A DNA stretch of 64,000 nucleotides from an uncultured Candidatus Saccharibacteria bacterium (GTDB lineage Bacteria; Patescibacteriota; Saccharimonadia; Saccharimonadales; Saccharimonadaceae). The position numbers and the translations under genes were made by a program. This document shows positions 54,019 to 63,414 of this stretch, in pieces; the first letter of the stretch is position 1, and each line of letters opens with the position of its first letter. The notes below the pieces were generated by a model. It was not told the origin of the DNA, ran no database searches, and was given only the letters and a program-made list of their open reading frames with translations. The stretch is from the NCBI GenBank assembly GCA_963554165.1, contig CAUVQR010000002.1:124145-188144 (forward strand). Direction: 5' to 3'.

Positions 54019-54945
54019 ATGGGCTTTCGCACAAAACAAACACCACCACCAGCGCGCCGCCGAGCTGCCAAAAACAAGAGGGAAGAGCAGCTCCAACGCA
54101 CCGCCTACACCTACCGGCGTAACCGTACACTGACTGGTAGCTTGGTGAGCCGTGTCCCAAGTGCGGGCGAGTCTAAGGCGCAGCTGCGGTCGCCTCGTAT
54201 GCATGCGCATGATTTACGCCGGACGCGCCGCCATGTGGCATTGTCGCTTGGAGTGGTAGTGGGGCTGCTGGCTACAGTGTGGTTTGCGCTTGATAACGTC
54301 ATTGCGACACCAGTTATTGCAGGCAATCTCACCAGCAACCATCAGCTCTACCAAGCCAAGATCAACGACTATCTCACTGCCCATCCGCTGGAGCGTTTTC
54401 GCTTTGCACTCAATACTAGTCGGCTGGCGGCCTATCTCCAGACGCATGATTGCCCCGAAGTGGCCGCAGTGCTTCCAGCCACGCAGCAAGCTGGCTTGGG
54501 GCGCAGCACCATCACCCTCGCTATGCGCCAAGCAGCGGTGGTCTGGACGGTTAATCGCCAGCAACTCTTTGTTGATACTGAGGGCCACGCCTTCCGCCGT
54601 GCCTATGGGCCACGGCCAAGCATTGAAGTGGTGGACGACAGTGGTATTGGTACGCGTAATAACCAAGTCGTCGCGAGCAACCAATTCCTTGGCTTTATCG
54701 GTAAAGTCGTTGGCGCAGTCCGTCGCCATCAGCTCACCGTCCAAAAGATCACGCTGCCTGCTGGCATGACTCGTCAAATCTATGTCTGGTTTACAGGGGT
54801 GGAGTATCCTGTTAAGTTCTCGGTCGATCGCTCGGCTGGCCTGCAGAGCGAGGATGCCGCTCGGGCCATTCGCTATCTGGCGCAGCACCACATCACTCCC
54901 AAATATCTCGATGTCCGCGTCAGTGGCCGAGCGGCGTATCGGTAA
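54019..54945 (+). CDS. ftsQ: FtsQ/DivIB-like cell-division protein
   Basis: Basic N-terminus, one TM helix (VALSLGVVVGLLATVWFAL), POTRA-like region, and its position after murG. TATAAT at 54000-54005 argues for ATG 54019. Confidence 0.55.
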   Translation: MGFRTKQTPPPARRRAAKNKREEQLQRTAYTYRRNRTLTGSLVSRVPSAGESKAQLRSPRMHAHDLRRTRRHVALSLGVVVGLLATVWFALDNVIATPVIAGNLTSNHQLYQAKINDYLTAHPLERFRFALNTSRLAAYLQTHDCPEVAAVLPATQQAGLGRSTITLAMRQAAVVWTVNRQQLFVDTEGHAFRRAYGPRPSIEVVDDSGIGTRNNQVVASNQFLGFIGKVVGAVRRHQLTVQKITLPAGMTRQIYVWFTGVEYPVKFSVDRSAGLQSEDAARAIRYLAQHHITPKYLDVRVSGRAAYR

Positions 54946-54970
54946 AGAACTGTAAATAGTGTGGATATTG

Positions 54971-54996
54971 AGATATCCGCTTTTTTCTCCGTAGAT
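54971..54996 (+). terminator. intrinsic terminator closing the dcw cluster
   Basis: GTGGATAT-TGAG-ATATCCGC (one G-U pair) followed by TTTTTT. Confidence 0.7.
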
Positions 54997-56862
54997 CCTC
55001 CATCCATCGTTGATGAGGCGGAAATCGATTGCCATGATAACACCCAGAGGATGATTAATTTTGACGTAAGAGTCTGGCGTCCTGACATTCGCGAGAGTCA
55101 TCAAGCTATAAACCTTTCTAAAATGGAGCGGCATAAGAGGAATTAATGTGAGAAGTTACTGGGGTTATAAAGCATCAGTTTCGTAGCTAACTACAGCACA
55201 TCCAGCAAAGGGCAGGGAAGCTTACTCTGTAAAATAAGAACAAATTTACAACATTTTATATAACAAAGCACGAAAAATGCAAATACTATATCTATACTAT
55301 AATAACCAAAAAATGCAAAAAAGAGTAGGGGAGATGTTTTTTGCGAAAAAGTCAAATCATGATATCGTATAGTTTTTAATCTCGGTCAACCCAAGCAGGG
55401 TAGAAAACATAGCAAAAGTACCAAGCAAACAAAATGTCAAACAAAGCAACCATGGCTAATAGACCGAGGAGCTCGTACCGACACCAGCATGATACCAGGC
55501 AAGCACGAGGCCGAAGTGTATACTTGGGATCTTGGTCGGCTCATTCGTTCGACATCAAGCCAATGTACATATAGTCACAAACACTGTGCGCAACAAACAC
55601 ATTCACATGCGAACAAACATACGTAGCTTTGCGTACGTATGAACGTGTATGAATATACGCGCAGTGTGTTCCCTCCAATAGAACAAGCGTCTGCTTTTAC
55701 TTTTGCAGGACGTATATAAGTGCTTGCGGCTCTATCCTTACTCTCTCCATTGGATGGCGCAGATATCTTAAGTGAACCTACTGAACGAGAAGTAAGATTT
55801 GATCAATAATCGAAGACATGCGCTCTTGAAATACGTCGTATGCCTATAAAGCCCATAGAGTGCCAAACCCAGCCCAATTTCAGCCATATCTAGGGTTAAA
55901 TCAACATATGCATCGTAAAAGGATTATTGTGCGAAGTTATATTACACTCCTAAAGATGATTAATGATACATCTTTTACATCTACCCCACTGCTGCGCGGG
56001 TGTAAATTATTGTGTACGCGTGGATTGCGGCACATTGCGGCTTATCATTCCCTTGTCTATTAGCGCTGATGTTTATGCTTATGCTTTGCTGTTGGCTGCT
56101 ACTTTGCTGTGCATGATCGCTTGCTTTATTGTGTAGTATGCTAATCGGTGCTGTGGACTCGTGAATGTCACAGTATATTTAGATAGCCTATAGTTAGTCA
56201 AATCTAGGCTGTGTGCTGCTGTTTGGCTATTATAGGCAGTGGTATATCTGCAAGGACAAATATGACTCTCTGGCTAACCTTGAGGGATATATAAGTATAA
56301 GAACCGGAGGTGAGCAGAGAGCTACAGCTGAGGTGAGATATGTCACGAGAACACAGCTCTCGAATATAAGCTTATCAGTGGTATATGCTAGTGAAATGAG
56401 GCAAAAACAGGGGTAGGGCGGTTGCCAGGAATTTTTGGCGAAAGGGTGGCAGACTCCCCTGCCTTGCCCTGCCCTTTTTGATTGCTGGCTGCTGCGCTTT
56501 TGCTGTGCACTTGGGATCCTTCTGCAAAGGAATGGACGCAAGAGGCGTATATGAGCAAATTGTGGCTGTGGGCAGAGTTATTTTGTACACAAAACGGCCG
56601 ATAAATAAACCTATGAGCGGCAAATCACACGCAAATATCCGCAGTCATCATGTGTACACGATATTTGTCCACGAGGCAAATTACCTCTGTTGTAGCTGAG
56701 TATATGTAGTGTTCAGGGCGGGAGGGGAGGCCACTTCCCTGCCGATACTTGGTCTAAATATACTATAAGCTATAGCCACTCCCCTGTCTTCTTTTTGAGC
56801 GTGGTGTACGAAGAGAAGCTTTGATAAATCAGACCTATGTGAGCAGGCAGAACCCCAAAATT

Positions 56863-56893
56863 AAGAGACGAAGCTCTCATTGCTTCGTCTCTT
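56863..56893 (-). terminator. hairpin terminator of the sigma-r4/HARE-HTH gene
   Basis: 12-bp perfect stem AAGAGACGAAGC/GCTTCGTCTCTT. On the minus strand it is followed by AATTTTG. Confidence 0.7.
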
Positions 56894-56916
56894 AGTGGCG
56901 TATTGTTTGTCTAGAG

Positions 56917-58017
56917 TTACGCTGCTGCGACCGCCTCTGTTTGCTCCTTGGGTGGTTCGAGGGCGTAGGTAGCTTTGGCGACGCGCTTGAAGAGTGGTTT
57001 GCTTTGGAGGTTGAGGAGGATGGTAGTCTCCTTGACCTGGCGGCTCTTGAGGACGCGCTTAACGATCTCGTCGCGGTGCAATGGGCCACCCTCGTCGCGC
57101 AAGATACCGGCAATGATATCAGCCACGGTGCCTTGGCTATAACCCCAGATGTCGAGCGCATAAATGCCGCGGCCGATGAGGATGAAGCGCTTGTCTTTGA
57201 TGAGCTCGTTGTGGATGGCTTGCTTGGTGACGTTGCGGCGCTTGAAGGTGCTTTCCTTAATGCGCTGAGCAATCTCGCTAAAGTGTAGCGGCTTACCCTC
57301 ATCTAGTAGGACGACGTAGATCTTGTCGCGGATATTCTTAGGATTAACGGTTGGCCACTTGCTCAGGCCCCACATGTCTTTGAGGTGGGCCAGCTGGGTA
57401 GAGAGGCTGGCCAGGCCGCGCACTTGGTTGGGGTTCTCGTAGGTGAGTTGGTCATGCAGCGCTTCGAGGCTGATAGGCGCACCATGCTGCTTGATGGCAG
57501 CAACGATCTCATCCACACGGCTTCGCACTGCCTTCTCATCGCCGTATTCGGCAATGGCTAGGCCTTGGTGGTATTTGTCGGTCTCGTTGATGGGGGTGAG
57601 GCGGGCCGACACTTCGCCGATGAAGGCAATGTGGGCGCGCTGCTGCACCGTGGGTGTCTCGACGTCTAGCAGGCGCTGTGTGATATCTGAGACGCGCCCA
57701 ACGCGGCCATTCTCGGAGAGGTCGCGGATGATGAGACGCTCGGCGTCGTGCAGGCCCTCTAACTCGCCTGCTTCGGCAGCAAGCTTGAGGCGCACCACGA
57801 TGGCCTTCTCGAGCTGGCGGACACGCTCGCGCGTAATGCCGAGCAGTTCGCCGATTTGCTCGAGCGTTTCGCGGCGCTCTTTGAGGCCAAAGCGACGTAC
57901 GATGATCTCGCGCTCGCGGTCGTGTTCTTCGCCGACTGCATCAAGGATGGTAGCGATCGACGCAGCAAAAATTTCGGTTGGTTGTTTGGTTGTTTGGTTC
58001 ATGATTCGGTTCTCCAT
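56917..58017 (-). CDS. sigma-70 region-4-like HTH protein with two C-terminal HARE-HTH-like modules (not a complete sigma factor)
   Basis: EREIIVRRFGL...TLEQIGELLGITRERVRQLEKKAI-like region 4 near the N-terminus. No region 2. Repeated (K/G)PLH..EI..R...S pattern in the C-terminus. Confidence 0.65.
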   Translation of the reverse strand: MENRIMNQTTKQPTEIFAASIATILDAVGEEHDREREIIVRRFGLKERRETLEQIGELLGITRERVRQLEKAIVVRLKLAAEAGELEGLHDAERLIIRDLSENGRVGRVSDITQRLLDVETPTVQQRAHIAFIGEVSARLTPINETDKYHQGLAIAEYGDEKAVRSRVDEIVAAIKQHGAPISLEALHDQLTYENPNQVRGLASLSTQLAHLKDMWGLSKWPTVNPKNIRDKIYVVLLDEGKPLHFSEIAQRIKESTFKRRNVTKQAIHNELIKDKRFILIGRGIYALDIWGYSQGTVADIIAGILRDEGGPLHRDEIVKRVLKSRQVKETTILLNLQSKPLFKRVAKATYALEPPKEQTEAVAAA

Positions 58018-58228
58018 TTCCTTCTCAGTTGCTTGTGAATGCCCACTCGCACTTCTTACATTTGATTATAGAATAATAGGTGATATAAGTCAATCGTTTC
58101 ATCATAGAACTATTATAGCACACACTTTACGCTTATGGTAAACAATTTTTTGAGGCTTTTCATTTGCAAGTGATGTGGCGAGCATGACGGGGCAGTTGAC
58201 GGGCTCGCAGCAATGCGGGCTGGCATAG

Positions 58229-58263
58229 AAAAACCAGCGGCCAGTACAGAGGAGCCGCTGGTT
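58229..58263 (-). terminator. intrinsic terminator of topA
   Basis: 10-bp stem AACCAGCGGC/GCCGCTGGTT. The minus-strand T-run is read as AAAAA at 58229-58233 on the plus strand. Confidence 0.8.
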
Positions 58264-58281
58264 ATATGAGAGGTCGCCGGG

Positions 58282-60657
58282 CTAGGCGGTGCGCTTCTTG
58301 CGTGTGGTGGTGGTGCGGGCTGCGGTCTTGCGCCGGCTTCGTTTGGGTGGTGCAGCGGCCAAGATTTCGCGGGCTTGCGCCTCATCCAGAGTTGTTGGAT
58401 CAGTATCCTTGGGCACACGTGCGTTAGTCTTGCCGTCAGTCACATATGGCCCCCAGCGTCCCTTGAGGATCTTGATAGCGCCAAAATCGGCGATGTGCTT
58501 CTCTGCCTCGGCCTTGAGCTTGGCGGCGTAGAGCACGCGAGCCTCGGCTTCGGTAATTTCGCGCGGGTCATGCTCCTTCAGGCTGACGTAGAGCTTGCCT
58601 ACCTGAATGTACGGCCCAAAGCGCCCGACGTTTGCCTTGATGGTCTGGTCGTCCTCAGTGGTGCCAACAGTGCGCGGTAGTTCGAAGGCCTTGAGAGCTT
58701 GTTCGAGCGTGACGGTCTCGATGCGCTCACCCTTGGGGAGCGGCGCAAACTGTGGCTTAGTTGTCTTATCCTCGCTACTGCCCAGCTGTAGCATCGGCCC
58801 AAAACGTCCAAAGCGGGCAAAGATCGGCTTGCCAGTCTTGGGGTGGGTACCAACCTCACGGTGAGCACCAACGGTGCTGCGGTCGATGTCGCCGGATTTT
58901 TCGATGAGCTCGTGGAAGGGCTCGTAAAATTGGCGCAGCATGGCATTGCGTGCAAGCTTGCTGGCAGCGATGTCATCGAAATCGGTCTCGACGCGGGCGG
59001 TGAAGCCATAGTCGATGATGGGATCGAAATGGTCGGTGAGGAAGCCAGCGATTAGCTCGCCCGCTGGGGTGGGCAGGAGTTTGCCACGGGTGGCGCCAGT
59101 TTTTTCTTGGACGATGCGACGAGTGACGACAGGAGTGTTATCACTTGGGATCTTGCCCGTACGCTCCAGGACGATGACATCACGTGGTTCACCCTCACTC
59201 TCGCCTCGCTCGGCATAACCGCGGGTCTGGATGGTATTCATGATGGTGGCGTACGTACTGGGCCGACCAATGCCAAGCTCTTCAAGCTTCTTGACGAGTG
59301 TCCCCTCGGTATAGCGCGCTGGTGGGCGGGCAAAGACCTGCCGCGCCTCGGCCTGTGCGAGCTCAAGGGTGGTGTGCTGGCTGACTGATGGCAGGATGGT
59401 TGAATCCTTACCGCCATAGACGCGCAAAAAGCCATCAAACAGCACTGTCTGACCCTTTGCCTCAAAGACAAGTGTCTTCTCTGACTTCAGCTGCGTGCTG
59501 TCGATGCTGATAGTAATGGTGGTGTTCTCTAGCTTCGCAGCAGCCATTTGGCTAGCCAGGGTGCGCCGGCGGATGAGGTCGTAGAGCTTTTGGTCGTAGC
59601 TGCTGCCAGCGACAGATTCGCGAGCGATGTCGGTTGGGCGGATGGCTTCGTGAGCCTCTTGGGCACCAGCTGACTTGGTAGTAAAGGTGCGGCTGTGCGA
59701 ATAGTCGGCGCCAAACTGCTGGGTGATGTATGTGCGGCTGGCGGCAATGGCCTGACGGCTGAGATTGACGCTATCGGTACGCATATAGGTGATGAGCCCC
59801 TCTTGGTAGAGTTTTTGAGCACTCGCCATGGTAGCGCGGCTGCCCATGCCGAGCTTACTATTGGCCTCCTGCTGGAGGGTGCTGGTGGTAAATGGTGCAG
59901 CGGGGTTGCGCGTGCTCGGTGTCTTGGTAATGCTGCTAACGGTGAAACGAGCGCCACTCAGCCCCGTCAAGAAGTCGTGGGCGGCTTGCTCGCTGTCGAA
60001 GCGCTGCTTGAGCTCAGCCTTGAGCTCCTCGCCATCTACGACAAAATGCGCCGTTACGCGGAACTGTGCACTACTCGCAAAGTCGCGAATCTCACGCTCA
60101 CGCTCCACAAGCAGGCGGACCGCTGGGCTTTGCACACGGCCAGCTGATTTGCCACCCGGCACCTTGCGCCACACCACAGGGCTTAGCTCGAAGCCCACGA
60201 TGCGGTCGAGGATCTGCCGTGCCTGCTGCGCCTCCACGAGCTGCATATCTACGGTGCGAGGTTGTTTGATGGCTGCCTCGATGGCGGGCTTGGTGATCTC
60301 ATGGAACGTGATGCGCTTGGTACGCTGTGGGTCTAGGCCAAGCACTTCGCACAGGTGCCAGGCAATCGCCTCCCCCTCGCGGTCTTCATCGGTTGCAAGC
60401 CACACATTATCCGCTCCAACTGCCTTCACGGCCTTCTTGAGTTCGGTAATGACCTTCTTCTTGTCTGGATCAATCTCGTAGACGGTCTTGAAGTCGTTTT
60501 TGATATCGATCGGCGGCTGTCCATCCTTGGTCTTCTTGGGGATGGCGCGAATGTGCCCTACGCTCGAGAGCACCTGATATTCCCCGCCCAGGTAGCGCTC
60601 GATTGTCTTGGCCTTGGCTGGGCTCTCGACGATGACTAGTTGTGTGTGTTTGCTCAT
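58282..60657 (-). CDS. topA: DNA topoisomerase I
   Basis: TOPRIM LVIVESPAKAKTI..YLG; active-site region ITYMRTDS; basic C-terminal tail. Confidence 0.95.
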   Translation of the reverse strand: MSKHTQLVIVESPAKAKTIERYLGGEYQVLSSVGHIRAIPKKTKDGQPPIDIKNDFKTVYEIDPDKKKVITELKKAVKAVGADNVWLATDEDREGEAIAWHLCEVLGLDPQRTKRITFHEITKPAIEAAIKQPRTVDMQLVEAQQARQILDRIVGFELSPVVWRKVPGGKSAGRVQSPAVRLLVEREREIRDFASSAQFRVTAHFVVDGEELKAELKQRFDSEQAAHDFLTGLSGARFTVSSITKTPSTRNPAAPFTTSTLQQEANSKLGMGSRATMASAQKLYQEGLITYMRTDSVNLSRQAIAASRTYITQQFGADYSHSRTFTTKSAGAQEAHEAIRPTDIARESVAGSSYDQKLYDLIRRRTLASQMAAAKLENTTITISIDSTQLKSEKTLVFEAKGQTVLFDGFLRVYGGKDSTILPSVSQHTTLELAQAEARQVFARPPARYTEGTLVKKLEELGIGRPSTYATIMNTIQTRGYAERGESEGEPRDVIVLERTGKIPSDNTPVVTRRIVQEKTGATRGKLLPTPAGELIAGFLTDHFDPIIDYGFTARVETDFDDIAASKLARNAMLRQFYEPFHELIEKSGDIDRSTVGAHREVGTHPKTGKPIFARFGRFGPMLQLGSSEDKTTKPQFAPLPKGERIETVTLEQALKAFELPRTVGTTEDDQTIKANVGRFGPYIQVGKLYVSLKEHDPREITEAEARVLYAAKLKAEAEKHIADFGAIKILKGRWGPYVTDGKTNARVPKDTDPTTLDEAQAREILAAAPPKRSRRKTAARTTTTRKKRTA

Positions 60658-60870
60658 TGATTATCTACTCGCTTGTTATAGTTATATGCTTGCTGTTAAT
60701 CTATCTAATCAAGCGCCTATGATACCGCAAAGTAGAGTGGAATGCAAATTGGATACATTAAGAATACCCTCTTCCCCTCCCCAGCCTATAGGCAGGGGTA
60801 TTGCTGATAGTGCGGCAAATATAAGAAGCCTGGCTGTCGATAAAGAATGCTGCACGAATCATCAATCGCA

Positions 60871-61599
60871 CTACCCACGCACGCGGCGTTTGCGACGCAT
60901 ACGGGTGCGAGGTTGCCGTGCTGGGGTGTGTGCTGCTGAGGTGGACTTGGTAGATTTGCTGTAGTCTTTGGCTTTGGCATAGTGGCCAGTGAGATAGTCC
61001 TTCGCAGCGGCAACACCAAGGACAGCACCAAGAGCAACCGACCCAACTGCTACAGCGTGTGCAACCCGCTCCATTTTGCTGCCCTTACGTGCGCACTTCT
61101 CTGCCATGTAGGCCGCGACGGCTACGTTATCAGCTGCCATACTAAGTTTACCAGCTTTGGGCGTGCGAATAGCTTCTGCATGTCCAAGGCCATAATACGC
61201 AGTAGCTGCTGCATTGACGGTGTTTTTGGCGGCAATCATCCCAACCACTGGCTTGGGAATAATATCGTGTCTCGCCATGGCAGTACCAATTGCCAGCATG
61301 CCGCACTTATCACCCACGGCATCTACTGCAGCACCGAGGTCACTCTCTTGGTGGAGGCATCGCGCTGCTTTACCGTCTAGGAGGTCGAGTAGGCGGCCAC
61401 CAGCCATCATCATAATCGCTGTACGTACAGCATGAGCGTCGTGTGTATTCTTACCAGTGTCAAACTTTCTCGCGCCATAGAGTACTAGCCCAAGTCCAGT
61501 AGCCGAGATTGCATTTGGCACACTGAAAATATCTTTTGGATGATACTCACGCTCTCGTTGTGTTGGACTGTCTACTACTGGGTGCTCTACCTTGGCCAT
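60871..61599 (-). CDS. CDP-alcohol phosphatidyltransferase-family membrane protein with basic C-terminal tail
   Basis: D(x)2DG(x)2AR(x)8G(x)3D(x)3D present as DLLDGKAARCLHQESDLGAAVDAVGD. Confidence 0.8.
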   Translation of the reverse strand: MAKVEHPVVDSPTQREREYHPKDIFSVPNAISATGLGLVLYGARKFDTGKNTHDAHAVRTAIMMMAGGRLLDLLDGKAARCLHQESDLGAAVDAVGDKCGMLAIGTAMARHDIIPKPVVGMIAAKNTVNAAATAYYGLGHAEAIRTPKAGKLSMAADNVAVAAYMAEKCARKGSKMERVAHAVAVGSVALGAVLGVAAAKDYLTGHYAKAKDYSKSTKSTSAAHTPARQPRTRMRRKRRVRG

Positions 61600-61622
61600 A
61601 ATAAATGCACTGTACCATAATA

Positions 61623-62501
61623 CTAAGCCAATGTCCACTGGTTGGCACCAAGTGAGCGGATAACGCCGTTAATCTCCAGCATTGTCAGGGCAATGGTAAA
61701 CTCGCTGATGGGTGTGCCTAGGCGGCGCTGCATTTCTTCGCCGTCGCGCAGGCCTTGGCGCAGTAGCTTGATAATGGCGGCCTCGAGCGGTGTATTACCC
61801 AGCGGCAGAGTGGCATTCTCGCTCTGCTGGCGCTGGGGCGGTGTGATGGTCATGACAGCGAGGATATCGGCTGGGCTGGTGGCGGGCAAAGCGCCTTGCT
61901 TGAGGAGGTTGTTGCAGCCCTGCGAGAGTGGGCTGGTGATGTTACCCGGCACCACAAAGACGTCCTTGCCTTGCTCGAGTGCGTGGGCGGCAGTGTTGAG
62001 TGTGCCACTGCGCTCGGCCGCCTCGGTAATGACGACGACGTCGGCCAGACCAGCGACAAGGCGGTTGCGCTCGAGGAAGCTCCAGCTGCCAAAGCGGTAG
62101 CCATCCCCCGCCAAGTGTTCCGAGACCACTGCTCCACCCTTGGCAACGATATCACCCGCAAGCGCAGTATGATTAGCCGGATAGATTCGCGGCAAGCCAT
62201 TGCCCAGCACAGCAATCGTCGTGCCTCCTACCGCCACACAGGCCTGATGCGCAATACTATCGATGCCCAGAGCGAGCCCGCTGATGATGATCACCCCTTG
62301 GCGGGTCAGCTCGCGGGCAAATTGCTCCGTCACTTCCCGGCCATAGCGCGTGGGCCGGCGCGACCCAACGATCGCCACGCTCGGGCGGCGTTCCTCGGGT
62401 AGTGTACCGAGATAGTGAATCTGCTGCGGTGGCTTGGTAATATGGCAGAGTGGATTGAGGTATTGGTGAGCTTGTGGTGTGGTGTGATTGATCTGTTGCA
62501 T
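61623..62501 (-). CDS. dprA: DNA-processing protein DprA (Smf)
   Basis: VAIVGSRRPT.YG......LA..L...G..IISGLA.GIDS.AH. ATG 62501 is preferred over the TTG at 62534. Confidence 0.9.
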   Translation of the reverse strand: MQQINHTTPQAHQYLNPLCHITKPPQQIHYLGTLPEERRPSVAIVGSRRPTRYGREVTEQFARELTRQGVIIISGLALGIDSIAHQACVAVGGTTIAVLGNGLPRIYPANHTALAGDIVAKGGAVVSEHLAGDGYRFGSWSFLERNRLVAGLADVVVITEAAERSGTLNTAAHALEQGKDVFVVPGNITSPLSQGCNNLLKQGALPATSPADILAVMTITPPQRQQSENATLPLGNTPLEAAIIKLLRQGLRDGEEMQRRLGTPISEFTIALTMLEINGVIRSLGANQWTLA

Positions 62502-62519
62502 GATTTGTGCTGAAAAGTG

Positions 62520-62548
62520 TTGACATTTTGTCAAGCGGGTGCTAGTAT
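62520..62548 (+). promoter_or_regulatory. near-consensus sigma70 promoter facing away from dprA
   Basis: TTGACA (62520-62525), 17-nt spacer, TAGTAT (62543-62548). Confidence 0.5.
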
Positions 62549-62554
62549 CATAAG

Positions 62555-62833
62555 TGATTGATTGAGCGCAAGCTCGTTCAAGTACCTTATACCCCCTATT
62601 TTAACATAGTTACCCCAGTGTTTTCACGAAGGTAACGTGTTAGGTTGCACACAATCTGTGCTGTAGTTATCTACCCTCCACTGCAGCACCGTTAGACAGG
62701 GTTGTGTGCTTACTAACCCCTTTGTCCAGCGGATCTCGTATGTGTGAGTAGATCACGTATACCCTGATTGGGTGGGACGAAGGGCAAACCAAGCGCTCAT
62801 AGTGATGCCCACCCTTACTATGAGCGCTTTTTT
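62555..62833 (+). ncRNA. candidate small RNA (about 280 nt) delimited by promoter and terminator, no ORF
   Basis: The longest ATG/GTG ORF inside is under 10 codons. Internal helices include GCACACAA/TTGTGTGC and a GAGC-GCAA-GCTC tetraloop hairpin. No known RNA family recognised. Confidence 0.35.
62791..62833 (+). terminator. strong intrinsic terminator
   Basis: 13-bp perfect stem AAGCGCTCATAGT/ACTATGAGCGCTT, 13-nt loop, TTTTTT. Confidence 0.8.
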
Positions 62834-63414
62834 GTTGGAGTAGCTAACAGTGAGAGTCTTGCTTAGAAATTATTCTGAGCTGATTTACTTTGGTGCGCGA
62901 AGGTGCTGTGAATTGCTCTGGTTTGTGACATGCGCTACCAAGGCAAAGATAGCTATTATCTCTGGTAGTAGCCACGATCCTGGCGGATTTGCCCTGCTTG
63001 TAGAACTTACTATAGGGACTGAGAGGCTTGCATGTAAGGTTTGATAAAAAGGCTTTCTCCGCGCTGCTACGCTCTCTGGCGCAGTATACAATACCTTGTG
63101 TGTTGATAATTTTTCACCCTCAACTACATACTTCTCAATGAGAAAAACGAGCATCGAGAAGTATAGTTGCTATAGCAACATCGTGGCTTGCGATGGGCGC
63201 ACGTGTGTGCGCGGCACACACAAGTAGAGGTGCAAGCTGAAACGCTATGTGATTGACACACGCTTACACCAGGCATACCTATATAGCCCAGCACGCATAA
63301 AACCTATGGCTGAACAATACTTTTCACCATGTTTTCCTCTGTTATGAAGCAGTGAACTTATTATTTATTCAAGTGAGAGATATGCAAGAAATCACTGTTA
63401 TACGCTAGTGAGTA

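Noticed and set aside
54214-55134. 306-aa minus-strand ORF antisense to ftsQ
   Set aside because: It is a mirror ORF of a GC-rich coding region with no recognisable domain. The plus-strand gene fits dcw synteny and has a promoter and terminator.
55211-56744. GGCAGGGAAG inverted 10-mers as terminal inverted repeats of a mobile element
   Set aside because: Only 10 nt match perfectly, with weak flanking similarity. A match of this length is expected by chance within a 2-kb comparison. There is no transposase and no target-site duplication.
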